Sequence record: OP870146.1
Direction: 5' to 3' (one strand)
Origin: Escherichia phage vB_Eco_F27
Length of the DNA stretch: 64,000 nucleotides
Below, piece after piece: positions 27,394 through 34,612 of the stretch. Numbering within the stretch: the first letter of the stretch is position 1; the number at the start of each line of letters is the position of its first letter. The translations under genes were made by a program, and so were the position numbers. Below the pieces are notes generated by a model. The model saw only the letters and a list, made by a program, of their open reading frames with translations, did no database searches and was not told the origin of the DNA.

Positions 27394-27975
27394 TTATAAC
27401 AACCCTGTCAAATCGTTCCAATGCTTCCGGCATAATGACACATATCTATCGGTATCACCAATTTCAATTTGACTGCCATCTGTAATTGGAAGTCCGTCTT
27501 CCGTGACTCTAGCTACCATTGTGGCCTTTTTACCGCAATGACAGACACCTTTAAGTTCAACAAGCTTATCGGCAATAGCCATTAATGCTTGAGAACCTTC
27601 AAATAGATTACCTTTAAAATCTGTTCGTAGTCCATATGCCATTACCGGCACATTGTATACGTCAACAATACGACTAAGTTGATACACCTTTTCAGTAGTT
27701 AAGAACTGAGCTTCGTCAACAAATACGCAGTGAATATCCTTTTGTGCTGCAGCCCATTTATAGAATTCAAAGATATCCATGTCTTTTGTAATTATATTGG
27801 CGTCCTGGCGAATACCAATACGAGAGACTATTTCACCTTTTGAATCGCGAGTATCAATAGCCGGTTTAAGAACTAATACACCCATGCCACGTTCTTTATA
27901 GTTATGTGCGGCAGTAAGTAATGAAGCAGACTTACCAGCGTTCATAGCGGCATAGGTAAAAATTAAACTAGCCAT
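27394..27975 (-). CDS. tk: thymidine kinase
   Basis: 193 aa as in T4. P-loop AMNAGKS, FVDEAQF, zinc motif CHCG...CRKH. Confidence 0.93.
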   Translation of the reverse strand: MASLIFTYAAMNAGKSASLLTAAHNYKERGMGVLVLKPAIDTRDSKGEIVSRIGIRQDANIITKDMDIFEFYKWAAAQKDIHCVFVDEAQFLTTEKVYQLSRIVDVYNVPVMAYGLRTDFKGNLFEGSQALMAIADKLVELKGVCHCGKKATMVARVTEDGLPITDGSQIEIGDTDRYVSLCRKHWNDLTGLL

Positions 27976-27984
27976 AAGAGTCCC

Positions 27985-28167
27985 TTATAGTGAATTCACG
28001 TAGTCAATGAGTTCTTGTTCTTTCCTGTCAAATGATTCCAACAATGCTTGATATTCTTCGTCCGTCAAAGGAGCATATTCATCATACGCATTGGTGGCTG
28101 CTTGCTCATCCAATAGGTCATGGATAAGTTCAAACAGTTTAGTTTTCTCTTCTTTAGTCAATTTCAT
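27985..28167 (-). CDS. small acidic hypothetical protein
   Basis: 60-aa ORF (tk.1 position). Confidence 0.55.
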   Translation of the reverse strand: MKLTKEEKTKLFELIHDLLDEQAATNAYDEYAPLTDEEYQALLESFDRKEQELIDYVNSL

Positions 28168-28376
28168 TTAGGTTCACCTTCTTTAACGAAATCTGGGTAA
28201 GGGTAAAATCCTGAGTAAAACCCTTCACCTTTATGATTGCTACAACCTTTGTTCGAACAGTAACACCAATAATCAAAATCACAAGCCATTTCGTCATTGC
28301 ATAAAGCAAAAACTACAGGCCATTCGCATTTTTCGCATTTAGCACCTGTAAGAATTTTTGTTTGACTCATAGCCAT
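28164..28376 (-). CDS. Cys-rich small protein
   Basis: The ATG at 28376 (MAMSQTKIL). Contains CEKCEW...CNDEMAC...CYCSNKGCSNH. Confidence 0.55.
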   Translation of the reverse strand: MAMSQTKILTGAKCEKCEWPVVFALCNDEMACDFDYWCYCSNKGCSNHKGEGFYSGFYPYPDFVKEGEPK

Positions 28377-28579
28377 GTCACCTTTAAGCAATATTCTTCT
28401 ACATGTTGTTTACGGCCTTTCTTATCAATAAAGGTATATTCAACGAATGTTCCGATGTAGTCTTTATCTACATCATGTGGACTATTAATTGGACATTTAG
28501 TACGACAAATGCGTTCCCATTGACGAATAATTACTGCCTTATTCTTTGGATCATATGGATGTGGATAATGTATATTCAT
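28367..28579 (-). CDS. hypothetical protein
   Basis: The ATG at 28579 (MNIHYPHPYDP) overlaps the stop of the macro-domain gene (ATGA). Confidence 0.55.
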   Translation of the reverse strand: MNIHYPHPYDPKNKAVIIRQWERICRTKCPINSPHDVDKDYIGTFVEYTFIDKKGRKQHVEEYCLKVTWL

Positions 28580-29043
28580 AATAACGGTTCCCAATCAACA
28601 ATCACAATTTCTAGTTTAGTGGAATACGTATCTAAAATCTCTTCGATGACATCCCAGTTTCCACCACCAATACCTGCACCAATTCTTGGCATATAAATTA
28701 CAGGCTTTGTTATCTTATTCTTTCCGAATTCATTTAATTCTATTATACAATTCATTAAAGCAGAGTACTCAAAATTAGGTCCCGGCTCAAACTGTGTATA
28801 AAGATTAAAGCAATAAGCTTTATGGGTCTTAAAATATTTTTCATAAACCGAATAAGTCCAGAGTTTAGACTTGTCTCCGAATTCGGTTTGAAGTTTATCG
28901 GCTTCCAGAATTTTTGGATAAGCCTTTGCTAATTGCCCTGCCACACCAGCGCCCATTGTATGAAAACAATTACACCCATGAGCAATATTATTACCTTTAG
29001 AAAACAGGGCGACAATATCGCCCTTGATATAGTTTTTAATCAC
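28576..29043 (-). CDS. macro-domain protein, TARG1/OARD1-like
   Basis: IKGDIVALF...AHGCNCFHTMGAGVAGQL...MPRIGAGIGGGNWDVIEEIL parallels the human TARG1 blocks (KGDLF, [28 protein letters not shown]). Start is uncertain: GTG at 29043 with AGAGGA upstream, or TTG at 29073. Confidence 0.6.
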   Translation of the reverse strand: MIKNYIKGDIVALFSKGNNIAHGCNCFHTMGAGVAGQLAKAYPKILEADKLQTEFGDKSKLWTYSVYEKYFKTHKAYCFNLYTQFEPGPNFEYSALMNCIIELNEFGKNKITKPVIYMPRIGAGIGGGNWDVIEEILDTYSTKLEIVIVDWEPLL

Positions 29044-29383
29044 TTGCTGCAAGTCCTCTATTATAAGAGTCAACTAAACGGTCCACCATAGAATTGCATG
29101 CTGCCTTATCTTTAGGTTCCGCCACCGAGCATTCTAATATTTGCCATTTTTTATAGTATCTTTTAATTAAGGTAGACGCCTTGAACCTACTAGACGCCCC
29201 ATCTTTTTCTCCGTCTTTATAAGCGTATAACAATTTTTGTGAAAAATCTACTTTACACTCTTGACTTTTACCACAATAATCAGACGCCGTTCTGTTTGTA
29301 TACTCCGTTACATCAGTATATGTAGTATTAGCAAGAGCGTTAAATGAAACCAAGCCAACTATTAAAGCCAACATTTTGGTCAT
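29036..29383 (-). CDS. secreted protein (T4 vs position, same 115-aa length)
   Basis: Signal peptide MTKMLALIVGLVSFNALA. Four Cys residues. Assignment to vs is positional only. Confidence 0.5.
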   Translation of the reverse strand: MTKMLALIVGLVSFNALANTTYTDVTEYTNRTASDYCGKSQECKVDFSQKLLYAYKDGEKDGASSRFKASTLIKRYYKKWQILECSVAEPKDKAACNSMVDRLVDSYNRGLAASD

Positions 29384-29922
29384 TCTTTTATTTCCAGTAG
29401 TTTATTTGATTTAAGGTAATTAGCCTTTTCTAGGACTTCAGAAGCATATTTACTTCCAGCACTTGTCTTCCATCCCGCATTATATGAGGATATAGCTTTT
29501 CTTATATCCCCGTTATGTATATTTAACCAATAAGAAAATTCGATATAAGCCCATCTGGTTGAATTAGACCGCTTAGATAGCATTTTCTTAATTTGGGCAT
29601 CAGTCATATTATAACCAAGCTGGTTAATTCTTGCCCTCATTGTTGGTAGATAATTTTGGAACATTCCATACGCATGGTGACCTTTCTTATCTTTAAGATT
29701 AATACCGGCAGATGATTCCTGCCATAGTATTGCGGCCATTATGTATCCAAGTCCTTTCTTATGCATATTTTCATGCGTTTTAAATTTTCCATCCTTAGAA
29801 AACTGTTCCCCAAACTGATAAGCATAATTCAAGTTATCGAGTTGGACATTACTAAAAGTATGCTCGGAGCTATGTGCTGATAACGAAAGAGCAAATAGAC
29901 CAGCGAGTAGTGCTTTTCTCAT
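29380..29922 (-). CDS. secreted soluble lytic transglycosylase (SLT) domain protein (vs.1 position)
   Basis: Signal peptide MRKALLAGLFALSLSA. SLT motifs WQESS, GMFQ and SYNAGW. Confidence 0.75.
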   Translation of the reverse strand: MRKALLAGLFALSLSAHSSEHTFSNVQLDNLNYAYQFGEQFSKDGKFKTHENMHKKGLGYIMAAILWQESSAGINLKDKKGHHAYGMFQNYLPTMRARINQLGYNMTDAQIKKMLSKRSNSTRWAYIEFSYWLNIHNGDIRKAISSYNAGWKTSAGSKYASEVLEKANYLKSNKLLEIKE

Positions 29923-29930
29923 GTTTACCT

Positions 29931-30389
29931 CTAGATTTTAATCACTGCTTTAGAAGCTTTTCCTGGTAGTCGTTTACTGTTAATAATAGCCATTCTGCAT
30001 TGAAGAGTCTTCATTTTGAATGCTGGATTTTCGCGACAAACTGTAAGTCCTAACCAAAGATTTCCGTCAGTTATTTCTAAACGGCCTGGACGATACTCGA
30101 CACCTTCGACAAAATCTTCATCAACATCTGGACGGGCCGGCATTGATAAAAATTCTGCAACTTCTTTAACATGATTTTTTACTTTATGAAATAATTCAAA
30201 AACGTAATTCTCATCTATTTCTCTCTGGATGGCACGATCTAAGAGATGTTGAGAATACTTGATATGAAAGCCTGGTAGTCCAAGAGACTTTGCAGCATCT
30301 TTTATACTGGCATTTATTTTGCGGAACTCCGTTTCAAAGATTCGACGGAGTTTATTACGGCGGATAAAAACGTCTGAATTGATAGTCAT
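29931..30389 (-). CDS. regB: sequence-specific endoribonuclease RegB
   Basis: 152 aa. MTINSDVFIRRNKLRR...HLLDRAIQREIDE.YVFELFHK...GVEYRPGRLEITDGNLWLG...RLPGKASKAVIK matches remembered T4 RegB. Confidence 0.9.
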   Translation of the reverse strand: MTINSDVFIRRNKLRRIFETEFRKINASIKDAAKSLGLPGFHIKYSQHLLDRAIQREIDENYVFELFHKVKNHVKEVAEFLSMPARPDVDEDFVEGVEYRPGRLEITDGNLWLGLTVCRENPAFKMKTLQCRMAIINSKRLPGKASKAVIKI

Positions 30390-30417
30390 TTTGATTTCTC
30401 CTCTAGTTGACAGGTCT

Positions 30418-30446
30418 ATAGTAACACAACTAGAGGAGAAGTAAAC
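30418..30446 (-). promoter_or_regulatory. early promoter cassette of regB with SD-sequestering inverted repeat
   Basis: Minus strand: GTTTAC, 17 nt, TACTAT. The spacer TTCTCCTCTAGTTG (30427..30440) is perfectly complementary to CAACTAGAGGAGAA (30397..30410), which contains the regB SD. Confidence 0.7.
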
Positions 30447-30449
30447 TGC

Positions 30450-30659
30450 TTATTCTTGGAATGGTGTGAGTTTTCCAGCTATCGAACAAATTTCTACCAT
30501 TGCAGGATAAAACTCTTTCACTTGTTCAAGGCGCTGGACAGCGTACCGCATTTCGCCTTCTTCAAGACAAGCCACCTGGTCATCGAGCAAATATTTGTGG
30601 TAACCAGTACAGGCTTCACTAATGATACGTTGGAATTCTTGCAAACTTTCAATTTTCAC
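30450..30659 (-). CDS. hypothetical protein (vs.3 position)
   Basis: ORF 30450..30701. A GTG at 30659 (KIESLQEF...) with GAGGA 9 nt upstream avoids a 43-nt overlap. Confidence 0.5.
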   Translation of the reverse strand: MKIESLQEFQRIISEACTGYHKYLLDDQVACLEEGEMRYAVQRLEQVKEFYPAMVEICSIAGKLTPFQE

Positions 30660-30925
30660 TAGTATTTTTCCTCGGGTCGAAATACTGCACGACATGCCCA
30701 CATGCTGGCTTCTTTTAGATGTTGCTTAGCATACTTAAGAGCCTGTACTGCATCCATATCTTCTTTGGTTTGTTGCTCTGTTTCATTTTCTTTCAAGATA
30801 TATGCTTCTTCAATCAGAGCATCAAACAACAATCCAAGACGGACTTCTGCATCTTTAATAGCGTTCACTTTACCGATTTTATCGTCGGTATGTGGCTTGT
30901 AGCCTTTAATATCTTCAATCGACAT
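30659..30925 (-). CDS. vs.4: Acb2-like cyclic-oligonucleotide sponge (T4 vs.4 homolog)
   Basis: From the ATG at 30925 the product is 88 aa, MSIEDIKGYKPHTDDKIGKVNAIKDAEVRLG...LKYAKQHLKEASMWACRAVFRPEEKY. Both the vs.4 position and the ...EA.MWA.RA... C-terminal helix are typical of Acb2. Called from memory only. Confidence 0.55.
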   Translation of the reverse strand: MSIEDIKGYKPHTDDKIGKVNAIKDAEVRLGLLFDALIEEAYILKENETEQQTKEDMDAVQALKYAKQHLKEASMWACRAVFRPEEKY

Positions 30926-31139
30926 AAGGAATTTCCTCATCGGTGGCAAGGTCATATTCGACCAATTGGATAGGCTCATTAATACCATATCCACGTACAG
31001 TGATATCAGTTGCCGGATAGTTTCCAGTAATATCACCCATTCTAAATGCTTCAGTGAATGATTGCTCGCCTGAGCAACTAAACCAGGCGGCAAAACATTT
31101 TAAAACATCTTCAGACCCTTCTATAATCAATTTAGCCAT
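30915..31139 (-). CDS. hypothetical acidic protein (vs.5 position)
   Basis: 74-aa ORF. Confidence 0.6.
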   Translation of the reverse strand: MAKLIIEGSEDVLKCFAAWFSCSGEQSFTEAFRMGDITGNYPATDITVRGYGINEPIQLVEYDLATDEEIPYVD

Positions 31140-31501
31140 TATAGACTCTCAGTAAAGGTACGAGCGATAACGTCGCGCTGCTGTTCCGGAGTCAGAGAGT
31201 TAAAGCGAACTGCATAACCGGATACACGGATGGTCAGCTGCGGATATTTTTCCGGATGCTTAACTGCATCTTCCAGAGTTTCGCGACGCAGAACGTTAAC
31301 GTTCAGGTGTTGACCACCTTCAATTTTAACTTTAGGTTGATGTTCAATTTCAATTTCACGGGCATGCAAACCGTAGAAAATTTCCGGGTCTACAATAGAG
31401 TCTTCTTTAAAAGTCTTAGAGACGATAATCCGGGCTTGAGTACCGTCTTCAAAATAAATAGTGCCTTTATGTGTACCTTCAAGAATTTGATATGCTTTCA
31501 T
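31139..31501 (-). CDS. autonomous glycyl-radical cofactor (GrcA/YfiD-like; T4 Y06I homolog)
   Basis: 120 aa. The C-terminal [29 protein letters not shown] carries the RVSGYAV glycyl-radical motif of PflB and GrcA. Confidence 0.85.
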   Translation of the reverse strand: MKAYQILEGTHKGTIYFEDGTQARIIVSKTFKEDSIVDPEIFYGLHAREIEIEHQPKVKIEGGQHLNVNVLRRETLEDAVKHPEKYPQLTIRVSGYAVRFNSLTPEQQRDVIARTFTESL

Positions 31502-31507
31502 ATAACC

Positions 31508-31816
31508 TCAATTAGAAAATAAATTTATCCAAGATTTTTCTTTAATCAAAAATGGGTCGGAATTAAACGCCATTAAACTTTGAGTGATTAATCCCTTAAA
31601 TGGCCCATCAATAAATTCCATTTTGAAATGTGGAATACTAGTCATCAACCGTGCATTAGGAGCAGTACAAAGAACATGCTGCCCTGCGAACGGACCTTTA
31701 GTTAAACGATATCGTTTAGGTTTAAAATGGTAAATCTCGTAATTTTCTACAAGAGCCCTTTTATTGCATACTGGGCTGTTATAACAATACTCAAAAACTT
31801 CAATAGTGGTCATCAT
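31508..31816 (-). CDS. hypothetical protein
   Basis: 102-aa ORF. Confidence 0.6.
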   Translation of the reverse strand: MMTTIEVFEYCYNSPVCNKRALVENYEIYHFKPKRYRLTKGPFAGQHVLCTAPNARLMTSIPHFKMEFIDGPFKGLITQSLMAFNSDPFLIKEKSWINLFSN

Positions 31817-32352
31817 TGCATTCCAATCACAAAAAATTGAGGACGAGCATTACCGCCGATGCAATATTTGCTTTTGCAGCAGTGCTGTACTGTTTTAATG
31901 TGGACATTGTAAATCTTATCCATATCAGGAGCTTTAATAGGCTCGTCAATTATATACAGAATACGAGAAAGCGTTAATCCACGGAATTTAGAACCTTCAT
32001 TGCCAATAAAACTACGAACAGAATCAGTAAATAAACGGAATCGAATATCATCGCTAGAATAACGAGAAAATTCTTTTTTAATGTTGCCAGCAGAAATTTT
32101 AGCATAAGCTGAAGTATTAGAAAGAACAATAACTGTTCCACCATCATATAGCCAATTAACAGCAAAATTAGTTACTGCGGACGATTTACCTGATTGTCTG
32201 CCGCCGTCTAAACGAAGTGTACAGTACTGCTTGAGTACGTCTTCAAATGGTGGGGCATAACCGTTCTTACAAATTTCTTCTACTCTAGCATCAGAATGGT
32301 GTGTAAAAGCATTCATCAGGGATAGATAAGGTCCAGTTAAAAATGTTCTCAT
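31813..32352 (-). CDS. P-loop NTPase
   Basis: 179 aa. Walker A GGRQSGKSS, Walker B LYIIDEP. Confidence 0.65.
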   Translation of the reverse strand: MRTFLTGPYLSLMNAFTHHSDARVEEICKNGYAPPFEDVLKQYCTLRLDGGRQSGKSSAVTNFAVNWLYDGGTVIVLSNTSAYAKISAGNIKKEFSRYSSDDIRFRLFTDSVRSFIGNEGSKFRGLTLSRILYIIDEPIKAPDMDKIYNVHIKTVQHCCKSKYCIGGNARPQFFVIGMQ

Positions 32353-32433
32353 TTAGTTTCTCTTTTAGGTTGGGCCATTCCGTGGCGCATGAATTGTCCA
32401 TTTCTGTATTTACCCCTCCAAGTAATTATGAAT

Positions 32434-32462
32434 ATACTATCACAATTCTAGGAGATGTAAAC
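32434..32462 (-). promoter_or_regulatory. early promoter
   Basis: Minus strand: GTTTAC, 17 nt, TAGTAT. The -35 abuts the stop of the upstream internal-protein gene. Confidence 0.55.
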
Positions 32463-32861
32463 TTATTTGTAGGTTTTCATCCAATTCTTGAACAAAGCCG
32501 CGACGTCTTTCTCTTTAACGTTCAGTTTAATGTCCAACATTTTACCGCCCGCTGCTCTCGTTTGACGAATCTTAGCAGTACCGGTTTCACCATTCCACTC
32601 AACATAATATTGCCCAGTGTTCATAGCGATACCGTTGCCAAAGTCTTCGTTATTAGAAGTAGTGAATGCCAACTTCATGGTCTTAGAGACACGGGCCGGC
32701 ATGCCTGTCTGAAGGGCATTACGAACGCGAATAACCTGAGGAGTGGCCTGGGTCAGGTTCTCATTCAGTTCTTCGGTGAACTCTTCAGATTCAAACATCG
32801 CCAAAAGTTCTTTAGATGCAGGAATTACATTCTCTGCGATAAATTCTTTATATGTTTTCAT
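32463..32861 (-). CDS. capsid-targeted internal protein (IP-A)
   Basis: The N-terminus MKTYKEFIAE-N is the T4 capsid targeting sequence, with an I-x-E prohead-protease site at residue 10. Sits in the ipII/ipIII neighbourhood next to e. Confidence 0.75.
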   Translation of the reverse strand: MKTYKEFIAENVIPASKELLAMFESEEFTEELNENLTQATPQVIRVRNALQTGMPARVSKTMKLAFTTSNNEDFGNGIAMNTGQYYVEWNGETGTAKIRQTRAAGGKMLDIKLNVKEKDVAALFKNWMKTYK

Positions 32862-32892
32862 TTTTTGTTTCCTTGTTTGTTTTGATAGAGTA

Positions 32893-32922
32893 ATTATACC
32901 ATATTAATACTTAAGCGTAAAC
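32893..32922 (-). promoter_or_regulatory. early promoter
   Basis: Minus strand: GTTTAC, 18 nt, TATAAT. Confidence 0.6.
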
Positions 32923-32925
32923 CGT

Positions 32926-33186
32926 TTAAGCTTTACCGCCAGAAATAATTCCGAAGTTGTTAAAATCGTATCCAATATCGTCAACATCTACTTTAGGACT
33001 TACTACAACATAAGCAATTTCACTACGTTTTGCATAGGTGTTTATTTCTTTACCATCACCACCTAAGAAAGAATACCCATTACGTTTTAATGAGCCAAAG
33101 TCTTCCGCATCACCAATGAAAGCTTTAACTTTAAATTTAGGACCTTTGGCATCTGCTTCAACGATAAATTCTTGATACATTTTCAT
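32926..33186 (-). CDS. capsid-targeted internal protein (IP-B)
   Basis: N-terminus MKMYQEFIVE-A (CTS plus I-x-E site). 86 aa. Confidence 0.7.
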   Translation of the reverse strand: MKMYQEFIVEADAKGPKFKVKAFIGDAEDFGSLKRNGYSFLGGDGKEINTYAKRSEIAYVVVSPKVDVDDIGYDFNNFGIISGGKA

Positions 33187-33192
33187 TTTTCC

Positions 33193-33303
33193 TTAGTAAA
33201 TTGATTTACCATAGTATTTGTACCAAGTCGGACGTTGAGCAATTTTTTCATCTAAGCGTGCTTGATTTATCGCAATGGACGCTTCGGACGGGTCATAATT
33301 TCC
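33193..33303 (-). pseudogene. denV: denV (endonuclease V, pyrimidine-dimer glycosylase) 3' remnant
   Basis: The translated tail [36 protein letters not shown] matches the C-terminus of T4 endonuclease V ([37 protein letters not shown]). The upstream ~100 codons are missing and no in-frame ATG remains. A promoter cassette abuts the break. Confidence 0.8.
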
Positions 33304-33323
33304 TCCAAGTAGTTGATGAATGT

Positions 33324-33353
33324 ATAGTATCAAAACCCTTGGAGGAAGTAAAC
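33324..33353 (-). promoter_or_regulatory. early promoter cassette at the denV breakpoint
   Basis: Minus strand: GTTTAC, 18 nt, TACTAT. The spacer TTCCTCCAAG (rc of 33338..33347) is complementary to CTTGGAGGAA (rc of 33300..33309). Confidence 0.6.
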
Positions 33354-33355
33354 AA

Positions 33356-33637
33356 CTATTTTTCTGAAGCGCCTGAAATATATTTTTCAAGACGTTGTTT
33401 CATTAAAGAGCCGTTCTTAGCGATTTCTTCCGGTTTATCGCACATACGCAACAAGGCTTCGAGCTTAACGATATCGCTGGTACGTTCAAATTTGCGAGTA
33501 TCTATCTTACTAGCAAGTTCAGAAATACGTGCTAATAGACTTTCGGCTTCAACCAAAGCTGCACCTAGCTTAGTTGCAAATGTGTCAGTAGCTTCGTTAA
33601 GAATAGATTCTGATAAAAATTCACTATATGTTTTCAT
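33356..33637 (-). CDS. capsid-targeted internal protein (IP-C)
   Basis: From the ATG at 33637 (ATGA overlap with the e stop) the N-terminus is [11 protein letters not shown] (CTS plus L-x-E site). 93 aa. Confidence 0.7.
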   Translation of the reverse strand: MKTYSEFLSESILNEATDTFATKLGAALVEAESLLARISELASKIDTRKFERTSDIVKLEALLRMCDKPEEIAKNGSLMKQRLEKYISGASEK

Positions 33638-34122
33638 ATATACGCTTTCCAAGTTCCTGTTTTAAATGTTGAGATTACGCGTTTCGCGCGATTAGGTGTC
33701 TGACGATACCATTTAGATTGGGCTAGATTTACTGCCGCTTCGTCCCAACGTTTCTGTTGAAGCATACGAAGAGAATTAGTAAAACCGGCAACGCCTGCTA
33801 CGCCCATTTGGAAGACCATATTGACCAATGCACATCGACGAACAGCATCTAAAGAATCATATACCGGTTTAAGTTTAGCATTACCCAAGATTCCGCGAAC
33901 GGCTTTATCAACGTCTTCATTAAATAGCTTTTCAGCCTCATCAAGGGTAATTGTACCGTTGCATTTACGACCGATCATTCTGTCAAGTTCAGCTTTAGCT
34001 ACGGCTAAAGAAGGGTTCTTTGTTACTAAATGGCCTATGCCAATCGTCCAAAAGCCTTCAGTGTCTTTGTATAAAGTCAGTCTAAGACCTTCGTCATTAC
34101 GAAGCATTTCAAATATATTCAT
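33634..34122 (-). CDS. e: lysozyme (endolysin) e
   Basis: [32 protein letters not shown]...[56 protein letters not shown] is near-identical to T4 lysozyme. 162 aa. Confidence 0.95.
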   Translation of the reverse strand: MNIFEMLRNDEGLRLTLYKDTEGFWTIGIGHLVTKNPSLAVAKAELDRMIGRKCNGTITLDEAEKLFNEDVDKAVRGILGNAKLKPVYDSLDAVRRCALVNMVFQMGVAGVAGFTNSLRMLQQKRWDEAAVNLAQSKWYRQTPNRAKRVISTFKTGTWKAYI

Positions 34123-34150
34123 AATACCTCCCACGTTTATAGGAGGTATT
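34123..34150 (-). promoter_or_regulatory. SD-sequestering hairpin of gene e
   Basis: Minus-strand AAUACCUCC-UAUAAACGUG-GGAGGUAUU lies immediately before the e ATG. The 9-bp stem buries the SD, and a late-promoter-like TATAAAC sits in the loop. T4 controls e translation this way. Confidence 0.7.
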
Positions 34151-34156
34151 TATTAC

Positions 34157-34612
34157 TTATAGGAGGGTAGTGAGCACCTTATATAATGATTTGCCCATTA
34201 CATATTCCCATTGAGAAGGTTTAATTAAAGCGAATGCATCAAATTCAGGAATCTGACGTCCGTCTGGGAATGTATGATAGGAATTACAAACACTGTTTCT
34301 GAATTGCTCGTGCTCTACAGGGATGGTATATAGGAACAGATGAATATTCTTATTGTCTGAGTAATGATGTTCACCTAGGTCTTTCAGGAAGGCAGGGTCA
34401 TATTGTGTAAACCCAGTTTCTTCTTCGCATTCACGAATAGCGGCTTCAATAGGAGATTCGCCAGGTTCGACACGGCCTTTAGGAATATCCCACCGATGAG
34501 CTAATGCACCTTTAGGACGAGAACCAGTTACACGGCCCATGAATAATTCTTTATCTTTTGTCATGAAGATAATACCAGCGGACAACTCTTTCACTTTATT
34601 TTTCTTACTCAT
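34157..34612 (-). CDS. nudE: Nudix hydrolase NudE (e.1)
   Basis: Nudix box GRVEPGESPIEAAIRECEEETG. 151 aa from the second ATG, adjacent to e as in T4. Confidence 0.88.
   Translation of the reverse strand: MSKKNKVKELSAGIIFMTKDKELFMGRVTGSRPKGALAHRWDIPKGRVEPGESPIEAAIRECEEETGFTQYDPAFLKDLGEHHYSDNKNIHLFLYTIPVEHEQFRNSVCNSYHTFPDGRQIPEFDAFALIKPSQWEYVMGKSLYKVLTTLL

Noticed and set aside
32343-32885. 180-aa plus-strand ORF
   Set aside because: It lies antisense to internal-protein gene IP-A and crosses a minus-strand promoter. Its composition is implausible.
33193-33390. 65-aa ORF as an intact gene
   Set aside because: Its only start is a TTG inside the preceding gene, and the frame reads straight through a promoter cassette. 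Only the last 36 codons are meaningful, as the denV C-terminus. It is called a pseudogene remnant instead.
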